Assembly: GCF_001194135.2 (NCBI RefSeq)
Contig: NC_068997.1
Span: forward strand, 41,877,016-41,941,015
Length of the DNA stretch: 64,000 bases
DNA from: Octopus bimaculoides
Taxonomy: Eukaryota
Direction of reading: 5' to 3'
A program made the position numbers and the translations under genes. Within the stretch, counting starts at the first letter, position 1. The number at the start of each line of letters is the position of its first letter. Below are positions 39,455-54,086 of the stretch, piece by piece. Below the pieces are notes generated by a model that was not told where the DNA came from, did no database searches, and was given only the letters and a program-made list of their open reading frames with translations.

Positions 39455-41964
39455 CTATGAAATAAGAAAGGATCCTTGTCTGTCAGACAAACAAACTGAG
39501 ACATGAAAAATTACTTACAATGCCCAGGGGCACTCCACCAAAGCAGTAACTAAGTTTGAACTTATCCTATGTGACCAGTTGTCTATATTACCTCAAGCCT
39601 ACTACAACCATTGTTACCAATTGTTACATAAACTACACTGCTGCAGAAATATGTAAAAAGAAAAAAAAAAAGGTTTCATTTAGTTAAAAGCCAAAAGAGT
39701 GTGAAATAACTTTGTTCTTTTGCATCTTAAAAGAGATGAGAAAGAACAGATGCCTGAGTGAGTTTGGTTATTAAATAATCTTGGCACCACTTCATTTTTC
39801 AATTCATTTAAAATATAAACAAAACAAATTGTTCAGCATTCTCTTGGAAATTTTTTTTTTAATAAAAAAAACAACTATATAAAACTATATNNNNNNNNNN
39901 NNNNNNNNNNNNNNNNNNNNNNNNNNNNNNNNNNNNNNNNNNNNNNNNNNNNNNNNNNNNNNNNNNNNNNNNNNNATATATATATATATATATATATAAT
40001 AATTCTTTAAGACTAGAGATATTAAAGCCAACCAAGATACACTGACAAAAATAGACTATTATAAAAGCAAAGAAGACTACTGAAATACATTGTTTACTAA
40101 CACCAGCTGTAATAATATAAAATATCAACTATGATGAAATGTTAAACTACGCAAACCAGAACAAATTACTCTGCTTAGAAACAGAGACATTAGCAACTGA
40201 GAGATGAGACTGCAATCAGGTTTTACGACATCAGCCAAAATAACAAAACAGAATACCAGTTCACATGTGATTACTGAAAATGAAACTGCAATCTCCAATA
40301 TCCCTCAACTCCCTATCTTTTGTCTACAACTGAAAACACTCTGATCAGTTTCTTAATTACAGTTCAGTATAGTAATTGTTCCACATCAAAGCAGACACAA
40401 CAGTAAAAACTACAGATGATACCATTGGCACACAACTGTCGACAAGCCAACAAGGGAGTAATTACAAAGTCTCTCCTTCAGCTGTTAGAAATAGCAGCCA
40501 AAGTTCCCGCAACCCATAGCCTACTTGTCTTAAAAAAGAGTATATTTGGTATCATCCAAAATAGACTACTTCTGCAAAATAAAATAAATAAATAAAACAG
40601 GATGCCCATATCTTGAATGATGGAGATTGACCAGAGCCAGTCTTCAGGAGAACACTCGGAATCATCACATACTGCAAGCACCCCTGCCGTCCATTCTTTA
40701 TGGGGTATAGCTGTTCTGAAACTGACAAATACCAACCCACAAAAAAGTAAAATTAGTGAAACACGTCCCCCCTCAAACCTTCTTTAGTAAAAGACAAAAT
40801 AATATTTGCCTCTGTAAGGTGGTTTGTATTAGGAAGGGCATGCAGTCATAAAAACCCTGCTAGAACAAGCAGTGAAGCCTGGTGCAGGCTTCTACCTAGC
40901 CAACCCCTGTCAAACTGTCCAACCCATGCCAGCATAAAAAACAGATATTAAACGATGACGATGACGAGATTAAAAAGTTCAAAACTATCTTATTAAAATC
41001 ATCAATTTGTCTGCTCCCTTTTTAATCCTCACATCTCCACACCCACCCCATGAGAAACAATGATATGGCAAACACTGAAGATGTATGAGCTGAGATAACT
41101 AAATCCTTCACCAGGGGTTGCCAACAGTTGAATACAGTTACAAAGCATTAATGGGACAATTACATGGCTTATGCTTCTCTTTCAATGTATTCATGTTATT
41201 GTAGTTCTAGAAGTTTAGAAATTGTTCTTATTTCTATTTCTATTTTGATGCAGAAACTTTATACTCATTGTGGGAAATTATGATTATATTGATATTTTCA
41301 ATTATATTCCATAGTTAAGGTTATTAAAAGTATAACTTTTAGACATTTGTTAAAAGATTTCGACTGCCTTCAATGAAACACTAACACATACCATGACAAG
41401 CAGAACACTGTAACATGTTAGTACTGCTTCTATTATTATCATCATCATCTAATGCTTGCATGGGTCAGACAGAATTTGTTGAGGCAGATTTTCAATGACA
41501 CGATGCCCTTGCTTATTGTCAGCCCTCACCTGTAAGGTGACATTTCCCCTTGGCTAGACAGGTCTTCCAAGGAAGAATGGAAAATAAACAATGCTGTTTG
41601 TATGATAGTGATGCTCATTTACAATGATCATGTAATGCCAAGACACCTGGAAACAGATGAGGGATGATGACAGGAAGGGCATCTGACTGTAAAGAATCTG
41701 AAAATATAGACATTAAATGATGAAGTTTCCTTTCTTTTTTTCTTTCATTCATAATCTACCTCCCCATTATCTCCTCACCTCTCACCACACACACACTGAC
41801 ATCATTCACAAATTTCTCTCGTGTGCTATCCCTAGAATTCTTTGCATTACTCACTCATCCTCGATACCCTCTTTCATTTCACCACATTTCCTCTCTAATT
41901 CAACAGGGATAGATTGTTCTCATTCCATTCACTTTATTATCTTTTACCTTTTGCTTGTTTCAAT

Positions 41965-42320
41965 CGTTAGACTGCGGCCATGCTGGGAAACCACCGTGAA
42001 GAATTTTTAGTCAAATGAATTGACCCCAGTACTTATTTCTTTGTAAGGCCTGGTACTTATTCTATCAGTTTCCTTTGCTGAACTGCTAAGTTACTGGGAC
42101 GTAGATACACCAACACTGGTTGTTAAGCTGTAGTAGGGGACAAACAAAGACACACACACAGAGACAGATGTGTGTGTGTGCATGCGCACTCGCAACTGGC
42201 TTGTTTCAATTTCCATCTACCAAATCCACTTTGTCAGATCAAGGCTATAGCAAAAGGCACTTGCCCAAAGTGCCATGAATGGGACTGAAACCAGAACCAT
42301 GTGATTGAGAAGCAAGCTTC
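41965..42320 (-). mobile_element. tRNA-derived SINE family A
   Basis: Reverse complement of the 46540-46945 type. Further minus copies at about 9645-9900, 27120-27295, 27857-28000 and 59635-59985. Confidence 0.85.
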
Positions 42321-42338
42321 ATTGCTTGTAATGCTTAA

Positions 42339-42558
42339 CGCTTTAACATTCAAACAGGCAATATTCAACCCGAATATTGTATCTGTTCTTTGTTCAAACT
42401 GGTCAACTCCAGCCTTTCATACCTACACAGCAATGTCATTCCAAAACTAAACAACCCCATCATTGAAATCTCAAAGTTACAAGACAATGCATGATCAATT
42501 CAAAATAATGTGGATGTATAAATATTATATTTGACAGAGTGATCTGAATGCTAAAGGG
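42339..42558. mobile_element. MITE family M1
   Basis: ttaa-cgctttaacattcaaa ... gatctgaatgctaaaggg. Confidence 0.7.
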
Positions 42559-44194
42559 ATAAACCAGAATATATTTTGTTAAACTGAGCAAGAGACACTC
42601 ATTAACTAAAATACTAAGCTTAACATTTAATCAACACTTATATCCACTATGCCATTGTTATGTGATACAATTATATAATGGAAATTAGGAGCTCTAAACC
42701 TTTGTTTTCTATTTTTTTAATGGTCATAGGTTTGTTCTTTCTTAATAAAAACTTCCCATCTGGTGTTCATCTTTGTGCTAGGCTCTGATAACCTCCTCAG
42801 TAGGCCTAGAATAGAGATGAAAACCATATGAGAGCATTTAATTAGGAAAGAACATTAAATCTACAATTATAAAATAATAGGTTTAAAGTTCCTAATTTCC
42901 ACTACCTAGAGAACATATATGTTATGTGCTAAGTCAACTTTGTAGAGCAATGTCCTCACTGTTCATTTTATTTAGTGATGCTCCCACTGTCTACTCCTTC
43001 TAGTGACATCATCATTGTCCACCTTATCTAGACATGTCACTAGCCATGCTATCTAATAATGCAATTATCATCTACGCCTTCACATTGCCCTGTTTAAAAC
43101 CTGCCCATCAACTCAGCTGTTTCCAGGGTTTCATTAATTCTCAAGGTCCTTAATTAGAAAGCAGAGGCTGAATGGCTAAGAAGCATTTCTCATTTATCTG
43201 CAGTTTTCCTTATTTGGATACTTGCACATTACTGGATCAATGAATTTATGGTTGGATATCATTTAATTAATCACATAACTGTAAAATAGAGATTGCATCT
43301 ATCATCATCCTAGAAGAGTGAAACAAACAGAGCAGTATGCCTTGCCAAGAATGTTTATAAAGCATCTCATAGCTACAAGATAATAGGTGTTACTTTTGAC
43401 AGAATAAAGTGAATGCTAAAGGGTTAACAATAATGTATTAAGTAGTTCAAACACAACACACACACACACACACATCATTAACTCTCATATGTATTTTATG
43501 ATGTGCTATGGGCTAAGGTGGGAGCTTCCCCACAAAATATTGCCATAAAGATTTTCTTAAAACATCTCAATGGTAGTCAAAAACAATGTGAACAAGAATT
43601 CTCTTCATTGTCAAAAGTAACTCAACCCAATAGATAAAACCAATTAATTTCAGGAAAATACATAATCTCCATTTTATTTTCATTTCACAACTATTACTAC
43701 TTTGTGGAGCTATAGTCTTGAAATAACAAAACAAAATGCAGTGAAGTTAAAACTATACACTAAATGGCACATCAAGAGTTCAGGATCTATGACTTGCCAT
43801 TAATTGGTTTCTTCTATGACATAAATCTACTTCAGGTTAATTGGAAATTGGAACTTGTCAAATATAACAATAGTATATCGAATGTCTGTTAACAAGTACC
43901 AAACCCTAACAGCCTGACTGACATGTCAAAAATAAGAGACCATGGCAACTAGGTTGCTCCAAACAAAAACAACAACAAAAGAGCTTGATATTATATCAGA
44001 TATGCTTGTAATTCTTGTCTCATCAATTGAGACAAGATTGACATGTAACTTCTGTACCACAGTCTGTTTAAGTTCCAGAACCAAAGTTCTGAATCAGTAG
44101 TTCTCAACTATTTTTTACCTATGAGCCCCTTTGATTCCAATTTTACTTGGATGGAACCTTGTAACCATTCCATGTTTAAAAAAACCTATTATCG

Positions 44195-44455
44195 TTTAAC
44201 GTCCGCTTTCCATGCTGGCATGGGTTGGACAGTTTGATTGAGGACTGGTGAGCCAGAGGCTGCACCAGGCTCAATCTGATCTGGCAAAGTTTCTACAGCT
44301 GGATGCCCTTCCTAATGCCAACCACTCCAAGAGTGTAGTGGGTGATTTTACGTGACACCGGCACGAGGGCCTGGCAACGACAACGCTCAAAAGGTGTTTT
44401 TTACGTGCTACCTGCACGGGAGCCAGTCCGGCAGCACTGGCAACGACCACGCACA
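44195..44455 (-). mobile_element. Family C element inserted into a hAT-type MITE
   Basis: Very similar to 5325-5550. Flanked on the left by the cagtagttctcaac MITE start (44096). Confidence 0.8.
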
Positions 44456-45043
44456 ATGGGAATTGTATAAAAATAAACCATTAAAATATGTCGTATTATA
44501 GAAGCATAACCAGTTTATTGCACATAAATTTTTACAGCAAAATCTTATGTGCTGCCCACCAAGGGTCATANNNNNNNNNNACAAAAACAGTTTTTCCATG
44601 ACAAATTATAGCAGACAGCAGAAAAGAAAGCATTAAATAGAGGATGTATCTGGGTATCTGATTACAGAAAAGCTATGGTGAACTGTCACAGCAAATGATT
44701 GTTAGTATGTAATATAATGCAAAAAGTAGTGAGATCAATAAATATATAAAAAAAAAAAAAATGACTTTATTGTTCTTTGCAGTCTACCATCCATTCATTG
44801 GAAAGCTATCCATTTAGTTAGTGTCCTTTAATTACTGTCAGGAATCTGTGGAATAATTTAAACTCACCTAGCTATCTTTCACCATTTCCATTTTTAAAAA
44901 GAGTTTATAAATTAGATTGAGAAGTCTTAAGAAAATTGCTGCAACATGTTCTCTCCTATCTGCCAATAGGCAGTTTCAGGGGCTACATTTCCATGCTGAC
45001 ATGGGTTGAATAGATCTTTAAAAGGTACAGCTTAACACGTTAA

Positions 45044-45270
45044 CCCCTTAGCATTCAGATTACTCTGTTAAATGTAATGCTTATTCATTCACATAGTTTT
45101 CAATTAAAATATGCAATTACCTCATAGCTTTAAGATTTTGATGATGTAGTTGTTTATTTTTAGAATGACATTGTAGGACAGGTAAGAGGCCAGATCTTGC
45201 TGGTTTTTGCATAAAGCATGTAGAATATTTGAACCAGATATGGTTGGGTTAATACTATGGGGCTAAGCCA
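45044..45270. mobile_element. MITE family M1
   Basis: ttaa-ccccttagcattcagattactctg..., with the M1 body in reverse orientation. Confidence 0.75.
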
Positions 45271-45419
45271 TGATGTATTTACTGCCATTAAACCATTATG
45301 CTAACCATTTATCCAGCATGCCATAAACTAGGATACAAAAAGAATAACAGGACATGATAACTAAAGAGGAATAAAGATTCTTAATTGATTGGCTTCGGGG
45401 AAAAAAAAAAAATAGTTAT

Positions 45420-45830
45420 TTCTGAATTAGGCACACAGCCTGAGATTTAGTGGGAAGGGTTGGTCATTTACATCAACCACCAACACTTGACTGGCACTTG
45501 TGCTTTATTGACACCAAAGGGATAAAAAAAAAAGTGATCACAGCAGGATTTGAACTCAAAACAATAAGAACCAGAACAAATACTACAAACATCTTCCTAA
45601 CACCACAACGATTATGCTAATCTATCATCTTCTTAATATTCTAATTTAGGCACAAAGCTAGTCATTTTGAGAGGAAGGGAATTAGTCAATTACATCAACC
45701 TCATTTCTTGTCCCTGGAAGAATGAAAGGCAAAATTAACCTCAGTGGGATTTGAACTCAGAACATAAAGAGCTGAGACAAATGCCACTAATAATAATAAT
45801 TATTATTATTATTTCTAACATTAAATAATA
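45420..45830 (-). mobile_element. Two tandem family B SINE units
   Basis: aggcaca...gatttgaactca units with AAT spacers. Confidence 0.7.
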
Positions 45831-46152
45831 ATTATTAAAAGGAAAGCAAGAGTACAAAACCAGAAATCTTGATGGGAGATGGTTCTGCTCTAATGATTCT
45901 ATCAATCTACCACCCTTAATACAATAATGATAATAATGACCAAGAAAGAATACATTTACATCAACAGAGAATCGGCATTTACATACATTGAAAGTTATTC
46001 TATGGCTGTGTGGAGGTGCAAGCATGGTCATGTGGTCAAGAGGATCACTTTAAGACCATGCAGTTTTGGATTCACCCCCCACTGTATGGTACCCTGGGTC
46101 AAACAATGCTTTTGAGTGAATCTGGTTAACCCAATCTGTGTGGAAGCCTGTA

Positions 46153-46249
<97 letters not shown>

Positions 46250-46539
46250 CCCTCACTACTGCTTGACAACCAGTACTGACTGGTTTCTGTTTTGAAACTT
46301 AGTGGTTTGGAAAAAAGTGTGATAGAATAAGTAGCAGACTTAATAAGTAATGGGGTCAATTTATTCAGGTAAACCAAGTAGTTCTCAACCAAAGCCTATA
46401 TGGCCCTTGGGGTCCATATAAGGTTTTGTTGTTAAAATATACCTACAATAAACTTGCTTATACTTTTACAATACATAAAATATTTTAACAATTTGTAATA
46501 TTTTAATTATAAAATTTTTTATAAAAAAAAACATCTAAA

Positions 46540-46945
46540 GGTGCAGGAGTGGCTGTGTGGTAAGTAGCTTGCTTACCAACCACATGGTTCTGGGTTCAGT
46601 CCCATTGCGTGGCACCTTGGGCAAGTGTCTACTACTATAGCCTCGGGCCGACCAAAGCCTTGTGAGTGGATTTGGTAGACGGAAACTGAAAGAAGCCTGT
46701 CGTATATATGTATAAACATATATATAAGTATGTATGTGTGTGTCTGTGTTTGTCCCCCCAACATCGCTTGACAACCGATGCTGGTGTGTTTACGTCCCCG
46801 TAACTTAGCGGTTCAGCAAAAGAGACCGATAGAATAAGTACTAGGCTTCCAAAGAATAAGTCTTGGGGTCGATTTGCTCGACTAAAGGCGTTGCTCCAGC
46901 ATGGCCGCAGTCAAATGACTGAAACAAGTAAAAGAGTAAAGAGTA
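46540..46945 (+). mobile_element. Best-preserved family A tRNA-SINE in the window
   Basis: tRNA-like head (gtggctgtgtggtaag...ggttcagtcc), core, internal TA/TG microsatellite, retained CpGs and a short (aaagagt)n tail. A more decayed copy lies directly upstream (46020-46370). Confidence 0.9.
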
Positions 46946-49900
46946 ATGGCTAGGTGGGTCCATCTGAGTGAAAGAGTAATGGGGGAGGGGGGGGGCTATT
47001 AGGAAAAAAATGGTTGAGAAACACTGAGCTAAACCCTTGAAGGAAGTGCCCAAGCGTGGTTGCAGTCCACTGACTAAAACAAGGATAAATGATACCAACA
47101 AAAAAACAAAGTGGCATAAGCATACACCAGGAACTGACAGAGACTGACAAAATATCAATACTCTGAGATAAGTCAATAGACACAGACAAGGAGATCAAAG
47201 TTAAGTGACTGGATATTATCACCACAGAGCACCAAATCCCAACAGATAATAATGCATCTCCCATAGAAAAGGAAATATTATCTAATATAAAGATCCAGAA
47301 AGAGATAAAACAATAAAATAATGACTTCTTTGTACTAATTTACAAATAAGTAACAAAAGTTATTTGATACTCAATACATAAGTAGAGTATAATAGCACAA
47401 AGTAAATCCCAGCTGATACAATGTAAAATGGCATTTATTGGACTTAAATTTCAGATCTTTCAATTTCTTTGGAATTAATACTTGTGTTATTCCCAGTAAA
47501 AGAAATTATGATTGAAATTTAAATCCACAAACTCACAATTACATTGTGCCAGTTGTTGAATATTACTTTATTTTTTTTTTTTTGTGAAATAGAATAACCT
47601 AAATGTAGGGGCTAAAAAACAAAAAATCCTTAATAATAATAGATCCCTTAAGAATGATAAAAAAACACAATGCAGGCAAAACCCCATACTTCAAATTTTC
47701 ACAACATGTAGGAAACAGAAAAAAAATGTGCTTCGCAATATGTAATGAAAGCATTCTATAGCATAATAATAATAATGCCCTACTGCAATACCATGCAGGC
47801 CCTCAAGCAATACCAAGCATGCTCTGATGCAATACCAGGCTGTGGTTATCATGACATCTGATCTTAACTAATTGGAAGTGTTACATTGTACATGTTTTGT
47901 CTTGGTGTAAAAGATGGGCTACAGCAAATATTCTGTGCATCTCTGATCACAAGCAGGGGAGTGGGGNNNNNNNNNNNNNNNNNNNNNNNNNNNNNNNNNN
48001 NNNNNNNNNNNNNNNNNNNNNGGGGGGGGGGGGGGCATTATAGCCAAATACCGAGAGGGATTCTTTGAGGTTTGAATAATTCACCCTTGGAAACATGGAT
48101 GTCTCATTCATCATTCTTAAACAACCTTTATTCAGGGGTTATTTGAGTAGGATGGGCTACTCGACCTAAAGAAAATTCTAACTGGGGCCTACCCACAAGG
48201 TCATGCTTTGTTTATCTTGATATGAAACTACCATGTCATGCACTTATGGTTGTGATGCATGTGCCTGATGTACCCTTATCAGATGGGCAGTCATGGTGGG
48301 TATATTAGGCTCCATATACTTGTATCCCAGTGTCACTTTGATGGCATGTGCTGCTCTCTCACTCAATAATAATTTTTTCTATTCTAGGCACAAAGCCTGA
48401 AATTTTATAGACAAGGTTAATCAATTACATTGACCTCAGTGCACAAGGTCAGCAATTTTGAGGGGAGCGGAGTTCTTCATTGGTACTTCATTTTATTGAT
48501 TCCAAAATAATAAATGGTAAATTTGGCTTGATTTGAACTCAGAACTTTAAGAGCAGAAACAAATGCCAAAGAGCATTTTTTTCCAGCACTCTACTAATCC
48601 AAATAACGATTACGATGATTAATAATAATAATCATTAATATTATATATTCTAATAATCTGCATAGACTGATTTAGATTTTTAAAAATCTACCCAACATAA
48701 CAATGAGTGAGAATGGAAAAAAAATGCATATTTTTCAGTTGATCATTCAAAATATCAAAGCTATCTAATTTAAGGGTGTTGCTAAAAATAACAACAACAA
48801 CAATAATTAGTAATAAAAAAAGTGTGTACAAATATAATAATGAAAATAATAATTGTTATTTGAGAGACTGCCCATGCCTATATGAGTGACACATAGTTAA
48901 TGAGTCAGACAAAAACAGACTTCAAGGGAATGTGAGTCAGAAAAGAGAAATAAAAAGAAGCCAATCCTTAGTTTGCAAATAAATCTGTTATGTGACAAGG
49001 TTTATTGTGATGTGACTGTTGTTACTGGTTTCAATGAAGCAACGGGCTTCTAACGGGGGAACCATATCAATTTTATTGCAATGCCTTGTTTATTTGGAAC
49101 ATACCAGAATTCTTTATTCCAATACAATACAAAACTTTCTGAGAGAGTAGCCATAATATAAATTTTTACAAAGTCACAAACTCTCTAAATGCAAGCTAAC
49201 AAGGGAGGCCCTATACAGTTAGAAAGAGCAGTAAATAAAATTTCCTTAAAATTACATTTTACTGTTAAAAAAAAAAAACAAAAAAAAAAACAGAAAAGCA
49301 TGTTAGATAATGTAGTCCTTATAAATACTATCAGGGATAGTCAGAGCTATCCTGGAGATGAACAATAATGCTTTCAAGCAAATCTAAGTTATAAATATAA
49401 TATAAATATTTTAGACAAGAGGTATTAAATGGATTCTAATTTTATGACCAAAAGATTATGATCTGAGAAAAGGCACATAACATGTAAAATCAAACTAGCC
49501 GTCAGTAAATAGCAGAATTGAAGGGGTTGGTACTAGGAATGAACTGAAAAATCTTCCTAGCTACAAAAATTTAACATCTTTAACCACTGGTCAATCCTGA
49601 TTCAACAGACTGATGATTAAAGCTTTTCCAGCCATAAACCATTGTATCTTATTGAATACTGACAACAGTGTCCATTGCTTTTTTGCTATGACAGCAGAAA
49701 GTGATTCAAGAGGACTTGGCTGCTATTTCTAAAAGATCAACAACTATGTTAAGGCTCCTTTTGTGGTGGAGGCTTTCACAAACAAATTTCCAAGCTGGAA
49801 GTGATAGTATTTGTACATGTGAATCATGTATTATTCACATTCATTTTTATCAATGCTCTCCCTTCATTAGTCATTTCAACTTACTTTGGTCAATAGCTTT

Positions 49901-50253
49901 TAATTAACCACAAACTGTACCCCACCACACATACAATTTGTTCCACAAAACCTCCTTACTCACTTCATGTAAGCAAGGAACTTTTGTGTTTCCCTCAAAT
50001 ACACATATTTACAATACAAAGCTTGGGTCCTCCACTCTATTCTTCATACCTGAAAAAATATCATATGCAATCTACAGCACTGTGAACATAGTAAGTGACT
50101 ACATCTTCAAGTTTATGTGATAATTATATATAAATATATATTGCACTATACAGACAAAACAGTTTGGATGCAACACACCCATGAAGCAAACAACCTACTC
50201 CATCAAATATAAAAGACGCAGTTGATGGAGCAGGTTGCTTCTAAAATGCATTA

Positions 50254-50810
50254 TTGGATGTACATGTAGATTTAAACACTAAAAGTTATTCAAGTCAATT
50301 CAACTTGGATGTATGTCAGTGTGCATGTGCAACAAGAGAAGTTGAGCATAAGAAGAATTATATATGCAGTGTGCAAGAAAGGAGACTGCACTGGTTTGGT
50401 CATGTGATGCAGATAGATGAGGACAGTTGCGTAAAGAAGTGCCAATCACTTAAAGTGGAGAGAAGTTGTGGAAGAGAGAGACTCAGGAAGACAGGAGATG
50501 AAGTATTGAAGGCTGGCCTCAAAATGCAAAAACCTTATGAAAGAGATAATAGGACCAAGATATGTGGTATACTCGAGAAGACCTGCCCACAACAGAACTG
50601 AAATCCAATGTGCCACATAAAAAGCACCATGCAAAAAGTACCCGGTACATTTTCTGGAGTGGTTGGCATTAGGAAGAGCATCCAACTGTAAAAACCAAGC
50701 CAAAACAGATTATGGGACCTGATGCAGCCCCTGGCCTTGCCAGTTCCTGTCAAGCTATCCAACACATGCCAGCATAGAAAACAGATGCTAAATGATGATG
50801 ATGATGTTGT
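50254..50810 (+). pseudogene. RTE LINE 3' fragment with the family C tail
   Basis: SVQERRLHWFGHVMQIDEDSCVKKC...CGRERLRKT is a typical RTE C-terminus; (GAT)n tail. Confidence 0.8.
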
Positions 50811-51384
50811 TCTAGGAAAGAAAATAGAAGTTGATAGGAAGTTGTGTATCACTGCTCTTCTGGAAGTATCCATATGATGACAGAACAATCCACAGACACA
50901 ACAGGACATAGCCAGTAAGAAACAATATCTAATGATACCTAAATGGTATCAAGATATTTACTATGTTCAAACAACTTGTCAGTCAGTTTCCATATAAAAA
51001 AAATACATACGTTTCAACCTTGTGAAGAAAGTATGCTAAAGGATCTTGTTGTGTATGTCAAAAAAAAAAAAACAATAATAATAAACTGATTAGAAACACC
51101 CATACAATCTACAAAATGTGTTCTATTGTGATAAAAAAAAAAAAAAAATCAAATAGCACATTCACAACAATAACATCAAATGCAATAAGAGCTGTGACAA
51201 TGAGATTAGATAACAAGTCTATTAATAAAAACACCATGTTTATGATATGCATACATCAACATGTTAGTTATTTAAGTGGAGTTGTGAGGCTTCAGAAAAT
51301 TTTGACATTTACATAATTAATACATCAATGAGACAGCCTTCCAAGCATGAAGCAAAAATGGTACTTGTCAGTTGAACAGATTAA

Positions 51385-51594
51385 CCCTTTAGCATTTTGT
51401 CAAAAATAATGCTTATTTATTCTCATTGTTTTGAATTAATTTGCATTATCTTGTGCCTTTGGAATTTTGATGGAGCAACTGTCAATTTTTAGAATGATAT
51501 TGTAAGGTTGGTGTAAGAAGCCAGATCTGGCCAGTTTGAACATAAAACAGGTGGAATATTTTGGCCAGATATGGCCAGTTTAAATGCTAAAGTG
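51385..51594. mobile_element. MITE family M1
   Basis: TTAA-ccctttagcatt ... aatgctaaagtg-TTAA. Confidence 0.85.
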
Positions 51595-52554
51595 TTAAGA
51601 AAGATGTGTTGTTGTAAAGCCTCAAATTAGTCTAGACATAGCAGGAAGAAGGGTATGATAAAAGGCATTCCAATCATGACAAAGCTGTCTTTGTTTTAGA
51701 CATATCCAATGAATATACCCTTCTTTTTTAAGAAGAGGAAGTAGATTGTAATTTTAGAGAGATTTGGCTGGTATTTCTAGCAGGTTAAGCAACCACATAA
51801 AGACACTCTTGTTGGTTTAAAAAGTTTTGTAGTTTGTCTAGGAGCACAGCACAATGTCTGCAGCCAGTTTTGAACTCATAACCCTATTAGCAAGCTATCA
51901 GATTAACTGCCATTACCAATGAACTACTTCTATTATGAAAATTAATCAACATAGCTAACCGCTAACCAAGTAATTATTTTTTTGTTAACAATAATCATAA
52001 CGATTGAGATGCTAAGAAAAGTCAGCCATCAATAATGAAGTAAATAACTATACTAAATAATCAATCAAGCCATTAAACATAGATTTAGAACAGTAACACT
52101 AAAAATAATTATTTACCTATAACATTGTTCTAGAATATTTATTTTAGAAATATTTCAGAAAATCAAACTAAATAGCAAAAAAAAAAAAAAGATGCCAGAA
52201 CAAAATTTTGACAAATTTAATTAGAGTTTAGAAGAACAAAATTTCAGTTGTTTCTGATCGCATTTTTACTAAATTAAGATGTGTTGTTCCCATAAGTAAA
52301 CACAAAATATTTTTTTAATTTCGACTTCTCCTGTCAAGTTTTGGCACCCAAACTTTAAGCATGAGCAAATTATTAATTACTCGCAAGTTAAAAGAATACT
52401 ATTTCCTTCCACTTTTCACAAACACAAAACTTCATTTCCCATACAGCATAATCTTAACACGTGAATCGGCACCAAAAATTTTACTTCCTTTTTATGACTT
52501 AATACTTGAATTTTAGCTGCAACAACAGCAACTCTAATAACAACAACAATAATA

Positions 52555-52970
52555 ATCCTTTCTACTAAAGGCATAAGGTCTGAAATTTTGGGGGAGGGGA
52601 CTAGTTGATCACATCGACCCCAGTGTTTCACAGGTACTTATTTTATCGACCCCAAAGGAATTTGAACTCAGAACGTAAGGATGGACAAAATACCATTAGG
52701 CATTTTGCTTGGCATGCTAACAATTCTGCCAGCTCGCCACTTTAATAATAATAATAATAATGCTTTCAAATTTTGGCACAAGGCCAGCAATTTCAGGAGA
52801 GGGGATAAGTCAATTACATCAACCTCAATACTTGACTGGTACTTTCTTTTATTGAAATCCCCACCTCTTCCATCTCTGGAGGGATGAGCAGTAAAGTTGA
52901 CTTTTAGGGAACTTGAACTTAGAATGTAAAGAGCTTGAACACATACAGCAAAGCATTTTATTCTTATTCT
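52555..52970 (-). mobile_element. Two tandem family B SINE units
   Basis: Units joined by (AAT)n at about 52744-52762. Confidence 0.8.
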
Positions 52971-53880
52971 AACAATAATAATGTTTCTTTTCTTGTCACT
53001 AAGATGTTACAATAATATGTAGAGGTATACAAAATAACATAAAAACAATGAGAGGGGCAAAGGTATTATGCAACATGTTTGGTTTTATTTTCATATGCAA
53101 GATAATTAAATGAATGTGCATAAGACACAATATAATTTAAAGAGAATTGATTAAATAATTCAAGAAACAAATAAGGGAATCACACCTACACATATGTAAA
53201 AAAAACTGCCACATGGCCTTGACTACCTTCTGCTTTCATGTATTCCTCTAGATACTGGTGACGACTGATCCCCAAAAGTGCTCCCATAACAATCTCAAAC
53301 AAGAAAGGGCTTACATCCTCTTAGTAGTTTAAGCTACAGTAACTTGTAAACCCTGTAACGGTTTTCACCAGTAAACTATCTCCTGCATTTTTCATAGAAT
53401 CATTCATTGTCCATCACCTCACAAACTGCACTCAAACATTTTCTTGAGTTTCTCACAAGGGATTTTGATCATCCATCAATTGGTTGTTTGCCATGCAAAG
53501 CAATATAATATTCATACACTCACAGGAGATGGTTTCCTCTGCATGCATTATACTTGTCTTTTCTTTTATTCTTTCCACTCCCCTGACACTCCTTGTCTAT
53601 TCTCAATTTCTTTCTCATAGTTACACGATGGAGTAGTGATGCTAATGGTTATGGCTAAGGAAGTGAGCCCCAGTTTGTCAACTGCTGGAACTGAGGATGA
53701 GGTCATCACTTCTGATATTTGCCGAGCCTCAAATCATAATGCTTGGAGAACAGTTCCTGTGCTAATTTTATTTCTTGATTTATTCTTAGTGTAAAGCTCT
53801 CAAATGGTCATTCTTGCATCACATAAAGCAACTAAGCACTCTACTGTGTACTGCCAGTCTCTGGGGCCATTAAGACTTAA

Positions 53881-54086
53881 TCCTTTAGCATTTAAACCAG
53901 CCTGATCTTACCTGTTTTATGTTCAAACTGGCCAGATCTGACCTCTCACACCTACCTTACAATGTCACTCTAAAAATAAGTATCACATCATCAAAATCTG
54001 AAAGCTACAAGATAATGCATGATTAATTGCAAAGAATATCAATAAATAAGCATTGCATTTGAAACAGTAATCTGAATGCTGAAGAA
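53881..54086. mobile_element. MITE family M1
   Basis: TTAA at 53877-53880 and 54087-54090. Confidence 0.8.

Noticed and set aside
40478-40740. Overlapping minus ORFs with an apparent acceptor site
   Set aside because: The sequence resembles a dispersed repeat also seen near 330-520, 49560-49760 and 51610-51810.
49964-50049. Minus-strand exon-like segment with good splice sites
   Set aside because: Stop codons in all three frames; at most a non-coding or poison exon. It shows that such signals arise by chance here.
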